Shown piece after piece: positions 1 to 12,253 of a stretch of 64,000 nt of DNA. Numbering within the stretch: the first letter of the stretch is position 1; each line of letters starts with the position of its first letter. The position numbers were made by a program, and so were the translations under genes. The notes beneath the pieces are model-generated. The model saw nothing but the letters and a program-made list of their open reading frames with translations, made no database searches and was not told the origin of the DNA. The DNA comes from Eledone cirrhosa (Eukaryota): NCBI GenBank assembly GCA_964016885.1, contig OZ024743.1, positions 20,956,001-21,020,000 of the forward strand, in the 5' to 3' direction.

Positions 1-159
1 ATATATACATACAGTCACGCATATATATATGCACGTATCACTTTACCAAACATTTATTATAATGTTCCTTTGTTCGTTTGTAAACAAACGGACAGCCTGA
101 TTTACGCCGTACAGTGTTCAGGCAACCACGTCACCTTTTTGTTCAACACTGACACAGGA

Positions 160-202
160 ACGATGTACTAGTTTCAAGCTTGTTAGCTATCGTCAGCACC
201 GT
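160..202 (-). ncRNA. Minimal type-I hammerhead ribozyme, copy 1
   Basis: Minus strand reads ACGGTG-CTGACGA-TAGCTAACAAGCTT-GAAA-CTAG-TA-CATCGT. This gives a 6-bp stem I (one G.U), CUGANGA and GAAA cores, an AGCT/AGCT stem II, a palindromic ACTAGT stem III and a GUA cleavage triplet. The stem II closing pair is mismatched. Confidence 0.7.
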
Positions 203-593
203 ATACCTTTCTGCCAGATGGTTGAACGTTCAAAAGTATATACTTTCCTTATGAAAATTAACGGCTGAGCAGCCTAATTTGCATATCGAGTGAGTTCAGT
301 CGGCCAGGCGCACCGAAAACGATAAATGGAATAGAATGAAACGAAATTTCATTTCTCACTCTTAGTACGGCACTTACTTAAATGTAAGTATGTATGTATA
401 CAGACGTACAGTAGCATATATATATATATATATATATGTACATACAGGCACACATATATATATGCACGTATCAGATTACCGAACATTTATTATAATGTTC
501 GCTTTGTTCGTTTGTAAACAAACGGACAGCCTGATTTACGCCGTACAGTGTTCAGACAACCACGTCACGTTTTTGTTCAACACTGACACAGGA

Positions 594-636
594 ACGATGT
601 ACTAGTTTCAAGCTTGTTAGCTGTCGTCAGCACCGT
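594..636 (-). ncRNA. Minimal type-I hammerhead ribozyme, copy 2
   Basis: Same motif as 160-202, with one change at the base of stem II. Confidence 0.7.
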
Positions 637-1049
637 ATACCTTTCTGCCAGATGGTTGAACGTTCGAAAGTATATACTTTCCTTATGAAAATTAACGGCT
701 GAGCAGCCTAATTTGCATATCGAGTGAGTTCAGTCGGCCAGGCGCACCGAAAACGATAAATGGAATCGAATGAAACGAAATTTAATTTCTCACTCTTAGT
801 ACGGCACTTACTTAAATGTAAGTATGTATGTATACGTACATACATATATGTATACAGACGTACAGTAGCATGTATATATATACATATATATATATACATA
901 CAGGCACACATATATATATGCACGTATCAGTTTACCGAACATTTATTATAATGTTCGCTTTGTTCGTTTGTAAACAAACGGACAGCCTGATTTACGCCGT
1001 ACAGTGTTCAGGCAACCACGTCACCTTTTTGTTCAACACTGACACAGGA

Positions 1050-1092
1050 ACGATGTACTAGTTTCAAGCTTGTTAGCTATCGTCAGCACCGT
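1050..1092 (-). ncRNA. Minimal type-I hammerhead ribozyme, copy 3
   Basis: Same motif as 160-202. Confidence 0.7.
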
Positions 1093-1328
1093 ATACCTTT
1101 CTGCCAGATGGTTCAACGTTCGAAAGTATATACTTTCCTTATGAAAATTAACGGCTGAGTAGCCTAATTTGCATATCGAGTGAGTTCAGTCGGCCAGGCG
1201 CACCAAAAACGATAACTGGAATAGAATGAAACGAAATTTCATTTCTCACTCTTAGTACGGCACTTACTTAAATGTAAGTATGTATGTATACGTACATACA
1301 TATATGTATACAGACGTACAGTAGCATG

Positions 1329-1362
<34 letters not shown>

Positions 1363-1395
1363 CATACAGGCACATATATATATATGTACGTATCA

Positions 1396-1520
1396 GGTGA
1401 CGTGGTTGCCTGAACACTGTACGGCGTAAATCAGGCTGTCCGTTTGTTTACAAACGAACAAAGCGAACATTATAATAAATGTTCGGCAAACTGATACGTG
1501 CATATATATATGTGTGCCTG

Positions 1521-1591
<71 letters not shown>

Positions 1592-1700
1592 GCTACTGTA
1601 CGTCTGTATACATATATGTATGAACGTATAGATACTTACATTTAAGTAAGTGCCGTACTAACAGTGAGAAATGAAATTTCGTTTCATTCTATTCCATTTA
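1396..1700 (+). repeat. Partial inverted copy of the tandem unit (lacks the hammerhead)
   Basis: 'ggtgacgtggttgcctgaacactgtacggcgtaaatcagg...gaaatttcgtttcattctattccattta' is the reverse complement of array sequence. Confidence 0.9.
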
Positions 1701-1704
1701 TATA

Positions 1705-1754
<50 letters not shown>

Positions 1755-1755
<1 letters not shown>

Positions 1756-2414
1756 TAGCAGTGGTACCCGGGATAAGGTATTTTGGAATGTGAGCCCCCA
1801 ACAGACCTAATCGTGGAAAAACTGCATGCCTGGACAATATGTAAAGAAAATAAAGCGAATACCCTGAAGGCTGGATAATCTTTAAGATTTTCCTCGATGA
1901 AGCAGGTCAAATACAGGTTTTCACCTAATTTAGGCCCTAGCAGATCAAGAAAATGAATTTTTTTTATGTGCATAATATGCCTTCAAATTTCAGGAAAATC
2001 AGCTAGACGTAACACCTCAAAAAAGCCCTAAAAAGCTGAAAAAATGAAGTTTTTCACCTAATGCGGGCCCTAAGCCATAAAAAAGTTGGATTTTCTTTGC
2101 TTACGCTATGAAGAAGAGACTGACTAATACATAGTTACAATTTCAAGGAAATCGGTCTGACGTAACGCCTCAAAACACTCTTAAAAACCTGAAAAAACGC
2201 AGTTTTTCACTTAATGCAGGCCCTAGGGGATCAAAAAGTTGAATTTATGTGCATAACACTCCCTGAAACATAAGTAATACACATGTAAAGTTTGAAAAAA
2301 GTCAGTTGGGTACTTCTCGAGTTTTAGGGATTCAAACTCACAGACACACACACACAGACATCTTCAGGGAAGTGACGTAATGTCTAAATCCTTGAAAGGT
2401 TTATTATACTATGA
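1755..2414 (-). mobile_element. Non-autonomous Helitron-like element with internal ~135-150 bp tandem subrepeats
   Basis: Minus strand starts A|TCATAGTATAATAAA and ends CCCGGGTACCACTGCTAG|T (5' TC, 3' CTAG, inserted between A and T, no TSD). 'gtttttcacytaat..ggccctag' recurs near 1916, 2049 and 2202, with a CA/CAGA microsatellite near the 5' end. Confidence 0.65.
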
Positions 2415-4397
2415 TCATTTCAATGACCGGGTTCCGTGTGAATCCGGTGATATCATCAGGTATTCGAAATATAATAAATGAATGTAACAGATAAAATCCA
2501 TGGGGCTGAAAATCATAGACCCGGGGACGACCGACCATCTAGCATCTTCCATTTTAGCCGGTCGCCCTCAAGTGCTGGCCATTCGGTCTACTTAAGGCTA
2601 TCTGGTGAGGGGGCAAAAGCTTATAATGTGCTACTAACCTCCCGGTCAAAGAGAAAAGACAGAAAGAAAGAGGAAGAAAAGTCAGCGTTAATGTCATGCT
2701 ACAATCAGGCCAGGAATTGCCGCGAAAAATGTTATTCTAAAGGTCCCGTATCTTAACAGAGGTATATATAGTGGGGGGTCTGCATGGTATAATGTGTGAA
2801 CAGAAAATTGGAACGTTAAATTTTTGTTTAGATTTATAGGATGAAGTTAAAAAAAAAATTAAATTAAAGATTAAAATTATAAAATAAAAAAAAAATTAGA
2901 AAATTAAAAATTAAACAGTTTAAAAAGATTTTAAGGTTGGGTTGCGAGGTGTAGTTAAATAAAGAGTCTTTTATGAAGAAACTTTAATTGTATTAAGTTA
3001 ATTGTATTAAGTTATCAGGGTGGGATATAGAGTAAAGATTATGTCCTTGTTTAGCAGTCAAACAGCATGTGGCGACTGCAGACTCCGGCCAGCCCATCCT
3101 AACCACGTGTCAGCCATTCTGAGTGAAATCGTCTAGCGAAAGATATGGAAATCAATTTTTCCGAGCACTCGAGGAATGTATCTGTTCCAGGCTTCAGGTG
3201 TGCTAGTGGGAAGTCAGCCATCGTTATACAAAAACGAGTACTATTAATTTACACAGAAGGGGGATTTGTTTAAGTGCCTGTAGAGGGAGGCATGATACAG
3301 CTAATAGTTATGATTACGCCTAGAATTTAAAGGTACTATATGGCGGTCAAAAACGACGGCGCGGCAGGCCCCGGGGCAAATCAAGCTGCTCCGAGTAATT
3401 TCATTTACCAAAAGAAGGGGAAATTTATTTTTTCAAGTACTCAAGGGAGGCCTATGCACCAGAGCGCCGGGCGCACAGCCAGGAAAACCAACACAACAGT
3501 CGGATCATCGCGTGTAATCAATTATAAAACCCGCTTTTCATCGGCTTTTATAATTGATTACACGTAAGAGAGGAAAAGTACAAATGGAAATGTTTATAAG
3601 AGTTACACAACCTTATTTATGTGTTTATTTAGTATGAATTGTTTTAATGCATAGAAACATCTGTAGTGTTACTATAATTCATTCTTTCAGTTTTTGTTTT
3701 ATTCATTTAGAGTTTATTTAATATATTGGATTGTATTGAAAGTAGACTCTATTTAATATTCAAACCTAATATTTTGACCTAAAACAAAATAATCTAAATT
3801 TTCCACTTTTACATAAGTATATTCAGTAGTTTAATACAACTTTGCAAAATATTGCTAAATTCCAAGAGGAAAATCTGTTATGCTATGGTATCTTAATATT
3901 ATCTTAAAGAGAAGATGTTTAGTGGTCATAAATGAAGAAAATAAGGCTTTTTGTCATTTTGCTAGTGCTTTATCATATGAAATAACAACAATAGAAAGTT
4001 CGATTGTGTAGTTCTTATGATGGAATTTTTTCAGCTTTTATGATTATTTTGTATAATTTGCATTAAAAGTGTTGCAAAAATGACTGTGCGGCATTCCAAC
4101 TGTACCATTCACAAATGAGAGGATATATTTATTAGCTATCATAAATACATTAGTGCATTTCTTCATTTCAATTTACTATACTTACTGAAGAGAATACAAA
4201 CAAAAAGAAAAGGATGCAGTACAGGGAAATCAAATCCCACAGCCTAAAGCAACTCCAACACAAAAGCTAAAAAATATAGCTAAAGATCCAGTTTATTATC
4301 CAGAAAGTAATATAACAATTCCATGAACAAAAAATTTAGATAGTTGAAAACTTTACAATCTTTTGGTAGTATTTTGTTGAGAAATGTAAATATTAAT

Positions 4398-4586
4398 TGT
4401 TTCTACGTTAGGCACAAGGCCAGCAATTACCCAGTGTATTACTGGTACTTTATTTTATCGACCCCGTAAGGATGAAAGGCAAAGTTAACCTTGGCGGGAT
4501 TTGAACTCAGAATGGCAAGGGCCGTAACTCTATGCGTCAAAGCATGTTGTCCGACCCTCTACTGATATTGCCAATCCACCGCCCTT
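4398..4586 (-). mobile_element. tRNA-derived SINE (family A) with 17-bp TSD
   Basis: B-box-like GAGTTCAAATCCC on the minus strand and central block GCCTTTCATCCTTACGGGGTCGATAAAAT. Flanked by the direct repeat gaaatgtaaatattaat at 4381-4397 and 4587-4603. Confidence 0.85.
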
Positions 4587-5260
4587 GAAATGTAAATATT
4601 AATGCTAAATACTTTGTATCTGAAAATAAAAAGATTAAATTCAGACAAGAATAAACCTTGTAGGATGAAAATATATTACATGTATAATGAATCATTTCAA
4701 TGTGACTTGCCTCTCAAGAATCATTTCACATGACATGGTTCTGAATACTGTAATTCTTAATAGAGACAACCTACTGAGAAACTTCTCTTTATTCAAAATG
4801 GGTGGGATATGATTTTAGCATGTCAGGAGACAGCTGCAAAAACAAGTTATGTGCTGCAATCTATGCTGAGGAAAATCTTAGTTTGAAGAACAGAAAACAC
4901 CCCAAAATATTTCTAAAAAATCTTCCTAACTCCTCAGTATTTATATCAGATCCAAGGAACAACTTACTGAAAACCATATTTTATTTTACATTAGATTTAC
5001 AATGGAAGATATAACTGGTTAGTTTAGAATAATCTATACATTTTCATTCACAATGTTATCTTAAATTTTGGTTTTCTAAGTTGAAATAATATTTTCTTAG
5101 TTTAGAATAATATAAATAGATATATGTATTAAAACATTTGCTGATACCATACAAAGATACTTTTTTATACTTTACAGTTATTTGTTATTATCTATATTAT
5201 ATCATGTTTATTTTTTATTTAATATTATCAATGTTAATTTCTTGTTGTTTTTTTTTTTAG

Positions 5261-5388
5261 AATAATGATGAAAGCACATTTGCAGGCTATGTGTATGACG
5301 CAGTTTGGGTGTTTGCTTATGCCTTGGATAAATTATTAAAAAGTAACCCAAGTGCACTAGAAGCTCTACATACAACAGGAACAACAAG
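5261..5388 (+). CDS. VKR: Venus kinase receptor exon (Venus flytrap domain): NNDESTFAGYVYDAVWVFAYALDKLLKSNPSALEALHTTGTT
   Basis: Poly-T/AG acceptor and AG|GTCAGA donor. YDAVWxxAxAL is typical of GABA-B/ANF-receptor VFT domains. Phase 2 end joins the 9466 exon. Upstream exons were not found in this window. Confidence 0.85.
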
Positions 5389-5853
5389 GTCAGATATTAT
5401 ATTTTAATATAATAATTTATATTTTCTTAATAAACAACTGATGATGATGATGGTGATGTTGATGACATCAAGAATGATGATTGTGATGTTAATATTGATA
5501 AATTGAAATAATTTTAAAATTTCAAATTAAAGTACACTTATTAAATCATTTATATAAGAAGAAAATGTTATGTAGTTTGATATGAGATAGTAATCAATCA
5601 ACTGTCTAACTGATTTTCTGTGTATAGAAAAACATTGTTTACTTATAAAAATCATCATCATAATCAGCGTCTTGTTGATAACAACAGTAATGATGATGAG
5701 CTGATGATAATTAGATTTAACATGATAAATAATTATTTCTTGTATATAAATTACCAAGAGTTAGGTTTTGTCATAAATTTTAAAGTGGGTAGTTTTGTTT
5801 TGTTTTCCATAAGATCTTTTTCTCAAGAATCTTTAGAAAAGGGGTTAGTATAG

Positions 5854-5911
<58 letters not shown>

Positions 5912-6742
5912 CTATATAGTTATATAAAATCCTTTATCATATAAATACATAGTTTATCCCAGAGAGAATGTGAGCTACCCAGCTCAGTATTTTGAAAGTA
6001 TCTGATCATGGTCTCATGCTGTCTCTTTCATTAGATAACTAATGAATGAATGAAACTAATATAAACAAACATTTATGTTTATAATTACTTAAATAGTTAA
6101 TAATATCTCACAACTTATTACATGAAATGATATGCTTGCCTTTCATGATAGTAATAGTGTTGTGAAAGTAATGTCAGTCTGACTGAAAAGGAAATCTTGA
6201 AGGAATAGTTTATCATCATCATCATTACCACCCCAGCACCACCATCATCATTATCATCGTTTAATGCTTGCTTTTCTTGCTAGCAAGGGTTGCAGAAAAC
6301 AATTAGCACTACACTTCCAGCATGATACCTAGATATCTTATTAATAACTATTGAAAATTGAATCCCATAATATGCTTGTTAGTGCACTTCAATGTAGACT
6401 TTTCATAGCTTGCTGTCTAATTTCAAATTGCTGATTAGCTTCTGTAAATTCAAAGAACGAAATGAAATTGATGGAAATAAAAACAAAATCATCTTAAGAA
6501 AACCAATTATTAGCTAACTAGGTTATGGTTATTTGCCTAATCTGACTTCTCACAGATATACAATTTCATTGAGTATTAATTAATATAATATTAATTTTAT
6601 GCATCTCCCAAGAGCTGCTAATTATAATTTTATAACTATTTAATACCTACCTACATACATACACACATGCACGCACACACGCATACATACATAGGTTTGT
6701 ACATACATACATACATACATACATACATACATACATACATAC

Positions 6743-7355
6743 ATGGTGGTGGCTGCCAACTCGTTTTCGAGTACGGCCACTACTTCATATCCATGTAGGA
6801 GAACCCCTACTGATGCGCTGAACGAGTGTGACTTTTTAGTCCAGCCAACGACTTGAAAACTCTGGTACAAACACTGCACTTGTGACAATTATTGACACAT
6901 ATTGCTGGGCCCATGGTACCATGTGACGACAAGTGCAGAGAGATCTCCAGATATAAAGCAATGCCTGTGCCGTGAAGCTTTTATAGTGAGCAAAGGCACT
7001 GCACAAAGCCAGTCCCACTCTCTTAACCAAGATGATATTTACCAAAAAGAAGAACAAGTCAACATCATTGGATACCATCAGGGTTGCAGGTGTTATATCA
7101 GAGTTTTCCTTCTCCTAGAATTCTGCCTTGACAAAGGCTAAGGGGTCATATCTCCCGGTGATTTTGGATGGCCATTGACTCTTAAGAGCTCCTTTGCCCT
7201 TTGACAGGTTTTGCTTTTAGTCCTGCAGGATGTCCAAGGTCACCCTCCTCACCATGAAACCTTGGTGGGGTTGCCAGTTTAGTCGCCAACGACCCGACCA
7301 TGAGACAGGTTGTACTGGGATGCATGTTACCAGTAGCACCCACTGGTGACCTGAC
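6743..7355 (-). mobile_element. Bipartite RTE-derived non-autonomous retroelement (~610 bp), full copy in (CATA)n
   Basis: Reverse complement of the copies at 47138 and 49947; microsatellite on both sides. Confidence 0.8.
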
Positions 7356-7838
7356 ATACATACATACATACATACATACATACATACATACATACATACA
7401 TACACACACACAAACATAATGGCTTCATCTCAGTTTCTAGAATTGGTATCCCTTGATCTTTTTCTCATACATGAGTGACACAAACATGACGTTTTAGCCC
7501 TACCAATGACTTAGATTCCTTTCTGCATATGCAGCAGCAAAAGAAAAAAGAAAAGGCTATGCTCATGAAACAAATATGAATGTCAATTAGATCAAGTGAA
7601 GCCTTTTTAAGTGAAGAAAGACCTTGCACTGGACCAATCCCACTATCTGAACAATGGTGAATGGTATCCAAAAAGAAGAACAAATCATTGGCTGCCATCG
7701 AGTAACAGGTTTTATATTAGTTTTACTTCTAGAATGATGTCCTAACAAAAACTAGGGCTCTCTGGCTCCCAGTGAGCTAACGACATGCTTAAGCATAAAA
7801 CAAAGTATTTTCTTGTTCCTGCACATCTATCTATCTAT

Positions 7839-8100
7839 CTAGGGCAGGTAAAATTCCTGAGATCCATAGACGAGTTCTCTCCAGTGGTCCCTGTCCCTCA
7901 TTATCGCTGCCATGTCCTGCATCTCCAAGAGACCAGTGTCTGTCCTTAGGACATCAACATATGTTAACCTCGGTCTTCCTCTTTCAGTGTATCCATGCAG
8001 GAGCTCCCACAGGAGCACTGAGTGCAGTGTCAACTCTGGATGTCAGTCAGCATGTCCAGCTAACCTCAGTCTCCTCTGTGCTACTCTCGAGCTGACCTTT
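7839..8100 (-). mobile_element. 3' fragment of RTE-group LINE ORF
   Basis: Translation LLWELLHGYTERGRPRLTYVDVLRTDTG...MRDRDHWRELV matches the RGRP...D...DR..WR C-terminal pattern of RTE-group ORFs. Followed by a short (GATA)n tail. Confidence 0.7.
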
Positions 8101-9465
8101 GCACATAATTCATACATACACATACACATACACATACATATGTGTGTGATTTTATATATATAAATAGGTAGACAGAAATTATTCAGTTCTATAAAATAGA
8201 GTTATGTAATTTATGGAAAGATAAAACTTCACAATTTCTTTCTTCTTCATCCAAAGATTGACCATGAAAAAAACCTAACTTAGCAATTTCTGAATTTTCT
8301 GCTTCCAATGATCATGATGATATATTTCTCTATTTATATTTGTAATTATTTGTGTTTATGTATGTATATGTATCAAGATGGATTCTTTCCAGAGGAAGCA
8401 GCTGTTAGTAATGTGTGGGGAGGGGGTGAAGCAGGCAGTGTTAGTAGAAGGGGTGAGGGTTTAGCTGTAAATCATAGCAATCAAGTGTTGAGAAAGCTAT
8501 ATAGTTTACTTAGTAATGATATTACACAACACCATTTAATGTTACCAGCAGATGCAAATTTTATTTTCATTGGAGATGATATATATTACATCAGATCAGC
8601 ATTTTTTCAGACCTTAAAATATTACAAATGGCTGATCAAAAGATTGGAAGAAATTATGAGAATTGTACACTTCTTTGAGTAGAGCAGGGAAGAAATAAAC
8701 CAGGGGTGACAACTCACCTGTCACAGAAACTCTAATCTATCCTAGAGTCATATTTGATAAGATACCCTTGTACTAAAAAGAGCCCTCGTAGATAGTAGTT
8801 CGAAAGATATGATTTATTATACTTCCCCTCCCCTCTACCCCAAAAATCCAGAAACAGAGCAATAAACGTCATCTGGTTCACACCTCTCTCATTAAATATG
8901 AAGACTAACATAGGTAACAATTTCCTGGGTCTAGTAGAAATGTATTTTCCCCCACAACATTCATTATCATCATTTTTTACATTCACTTTTCCATACTGGC
9001 TTGGGTTAGACAGGGCTTTTTGAGGAAATGTTTTACAGCCAGATGCCCCTCCTGACACCAACCTTTTTAGTTACTTCTTTCATCCAACAGGGATACAGTG
9101 TATCTATTTTAAACCAGATACACATAGTTTAATTGTGTATGCTTGCTAGTAATGATTTTGTTGCTAAGATTTCTAACTGGATGTCCTTACTACCACCAAC
9201 CACTTACAGCATAAACTTGATGAATTTTATTGTGTCACCAGCACTAACGAAGCTATCTAGGTGTACTCTCTGTGACAGTTCTCCTATACAGGTTATGGCT
9301 TATGAAACTCTCGCCTGCCCCATCAAAAAGAAAATTATTTCTAGAGTTTTTAGTAATTACACTATGGGTTCTATAGCATTACTAGACATAAAATTCAAAG
9401 TTTCAACTTTCTGATTATATTTTGTTTGCTTCTAAATAATTTTCTTTCCCATTAATATTTTTCAG

Positions 9466-9764
9466 TCAGCTGGTACAATACATCAATGAAACAAAATTTG
9501 ATGGTGTATCTGGCCACATAAGCTTCCAAGGAGGTGAACGCATAGGTACAATTAACATTCTACAATATTTTCACAACGAAACCCGTCTCATTGGTCAATA
9601 TATCCCAACTATCCCCTCCCTTACTCGCAAGAACACACGTGGTAGCAACCGTAATGTAGATTTAGAAACAGAAGAGACTGACAATGGAATTCTGCGGCTT
9701 TACAAGAGAAAGGTGCGCTGGCTCTCACCAAATGGGAAACCTCCTGCAGATGGTAGGCTAAATG
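9466..9764 (+). CDS. VKR: VKR exon (end of VFT domain): QLVQYINETKFDGVSGHISFQGGERIG...KVRWLSPNGKPPADGRLN
   Basis: TTTCAG acceptor and open frame with FxGVSGxxxF and W...PPxD motifs of GABA-B-like VFTs. Donor is at 9764 (GTCAGT) or 9752 (GTAGGC), both phase 1. Confidence 0.85.
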
Positions 9765-9855
9765 GTCAGTTCTAATTTCAAAGTACTCTTTGTGATATGA
9801 TTCTTATATATTTTATCAAGTAAATGTGTTTAGAATTCTCATTTGTAATATTTAA

Positions 9856-10029
9856 CCCTTTAGCATTTAAACTAGCCATATCCGGCCAGAATTCTCTCAC
9901 CTCTTTCTGTTCAAACTGGCCATAACAAAATAAATAATATAAAAATCTCATAGATTCAATATTATTTGAGATAAAGCCTTTACCTTGAAAATACAATAAT
10001 ATATATATAATAATGTAAATGCTAAAGGA
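9856..10029. mobile_element. piggyBac-type MITE
   Basis: TTAA|CCCTTTAGCATTTA ... TAAATGCTAAAGGA|TTAA; a related copy lies at 30599. Confidence 0.7.
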
Positions 10030-10347
10030 TTAAATATGTGATGTTTCTGAACTAATGATGAAAAACTTTTCTGGACATATTGACTTCATTTTTCTCTTCG
10101 TTTTTTTATCCTTTTATACTTTCTTGCTGTTCATAATTTTTAGATTTTTGTTTTGTAAAACATAACTAGTTTCTGTTCATCAAGTGCAATGTTGCTATAC
10201 ACTACTTGTTTGTGACATAGTGTATATGAGTATTGGAGCGATGTATGAAATATAGAATTGTTAGTTCAATCTCACCCTACATATATCTACTGTATATGAT
10301 CTGGTGAAAAATAGAGATCAAGCTATTCCAAACCCACTTCACAAGTA

Positions 10348-10563
10348 ATAATAATTGCTTCTACTTTAGGCACAAGGCCAGCAATTTGAAGGAGAGGGGA
10401 AATATCATTATATTGACCCCAGTGCATTACTGGTGCTTTAATTTATCGACACCATAAGAATGAAAGGCAAAGCTAACCTCGGAGGGACATGAACTCAACA
10501 TGTAAAGGGCCGTAACTCTATGCCGCTAAGCATATTGTCTGATGTTCTACAGACTCTGCCAAT
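10348..10563 (-). mobile_element. SINE family A copy
   Basis: Shares ggcacaaggccagcaatt, gaaaggcaaag and gaactca blocks with the 4398 copy. Confidence 0.8.
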
Positions 10564-11044
10564 ACAAAATAGAGAAAGCTGAGCCTGAAAAACATTTTTA
10601 ACATTACTAATAATAATTCAACTTAACAATTTAGGCATATAATTATTAAGTCCATCTTTCAATTTTGTACACTGCACTTTGATCAGATAATTCTCTAATC
10701 ATCACCCATTGTTTTATGAAGTAAGTGATTCAGTCCATCACTAGTTAAATTTTCCTGCTTGATGTGATCTTCCAGGCAACAATTATTAAATTTGCCTACA
10801 AAGACAGGTACTGAGAAAGTATAAAAAAGCCAAAGTTTTCCAAAATTGCCATACTGTTCACTAAAGATCAAACTATCATTTTCATTGCCTTTTTATCAAT
10901 GTATTTGAATAATTGAAACTCTGGTGCATCAATTCATTTTAAAGGATCTTTTTTCTTTATTCTGAGATGCTTTTGGTTTTGTAAAGCATTGTGAAACAAT
11001 ATCTCTCCTCAATGGAGGTATTCTTGATGAATTAAAGTTCCTGA

Positions 11045-11390
11045 ACTCATCATAGGGTAAAGACCCTTTTGGTCACGAATGACCATAGGATTTGCACCTA
11101 AAAAGTTCCCCTCCGAGGCACAATTCTGGGCAAGGTTATTTGTGAAAGACCAGCAGTTGCCCAAGCATACCAGTCTCCCCTCTCCAGGCCACTGTTGTTC
11201 TCCAAGTGAAAGACAATGGCTATTACAGTTTGGTGCAAGTAATGTCACAACTCATTTCTACAGCTGAGTAAACTAGATCAACGCAAAATAAAGTGGCTTG
11301 CTCAAGAACACAACACATCACCTGATCCACGAATTGAACTCACAACCTTCCGATTGCAAACCCAATGCTCTAACCACTAAGCCATGCGCT
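11045..11390 (-). mobile_element. tRNA-derived SINE (family B)
   Basis: Minus strand has TGGCTTAGTGGTTAG (A box), GAGTTCAATTC (B box) and the CTTGAGCAAG.CACTTTATTT core; same head as 32620. Confidence 0.75.
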
Positions 11391-12152
11391 TTCATTTTAC
11401 ATATGTTAGTGCTTGTTTAAATGTCTATATAACTGTGTGTATCCTTCGTTGAATGTGGACGGCAATATAGTTGAGAACGTTGAGCCATGTATCTGTTCAA
11501 AAACAGGACTCTTGAATTGCACAGTACATTGATCAAAGTATAGGTTAGAGAATTGTGACAAAAATCATGAGGTTAAAAACATGGAATTTACTAGTGTTAC
11601 ACATCATATGACAGGTAATACTAGAAATATACTTTTTCCTCTATACCAAGTAATGTTACATATGTACAATAATTTTACTTTTCATAGAACGTTTCATAGT
11701 ACTTATACAAAATAATGAAATAAATTCTAATTTTCAAAATGAAATATTAAGTTAAAATAAAAATTGAATAAAATAAATTTCTCATTTACATATTTGCAAT
11801 AAATATATGGGATCAATAATAATAATATTGTTTAACTATCAATTAATTAGAGATGTAAGATATTGAGTGATAAGACTGACATTTTTAGGATCAGCAACAA
11901 ACCAATAATGAGTATTAGTATTGATGTAATATATTGGAATATTTAATCACCATTTTTGTTTACAGTAATTGAAGACTTTGTTTACAAAAAAAACAAAACT
12001 TTGAAACAATTTTCTTAGAATATGTAATAATATTATCTCAGAGTTGTACTTGTCTGGCAAGGGACATGATCTGAGTCTGTGTGTTGAAATTAAAACTACT
12101 ACTGCATGGATGAATCATTTTAAAAATACACAAAAAACATTTACTTTATATA

Positions 12153-12253
12153 CAGGGTGTCCCCCCAAAATATATACACACTTCAACAGCATTCTAATAA
12201 ATATTGCCTGTACATGTAATCAAAGTATGCATACATTTTTGGGGGTCACCCTG
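12153..12253. mobile_element. Tc1/mariner-type MITE
   Basis: TA|CAGGGTGTCCCCCCAAAA ... TTTTGGGGGTCACCCTG terminal inverted repeats. Confidence 0.7.

Larger units (their letters stand above)
1..1395 (-). repeat. Tandem array of ~434-456 bp units (three copies, runs off the left edge), each with a minus-strand hammerhead motif; retrozyme/Penelope pLTR-like
   Basis: The block 'gcacgtatca...catttattataatgttc...gtttcaagcttgttagct...cacttacttaaatgtaagta' recurs at about 31, 463 and 920. Unit length differs mainly in the (TA/TACA) tract. Confidence 0.9.

Noticed and set aside
1-1400. CRISPR-like or coding interpretation of the tandem array
   Set aside because: Whole units are repeated with no unique spacers, and the ORFs start in microsatellite.
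2760-3400. Possible mitochondrial rRNA insertion (numt)
   Set aside because: The A-rich tract is suggestive but I could not identify diagnostic 12S/16S motifs; left as an unexplained island.
4802-5014. 70-aa ORF as an additional upstream VKR exon
   Set aside because: No recognisable VFT motif and no convincing splice sites.
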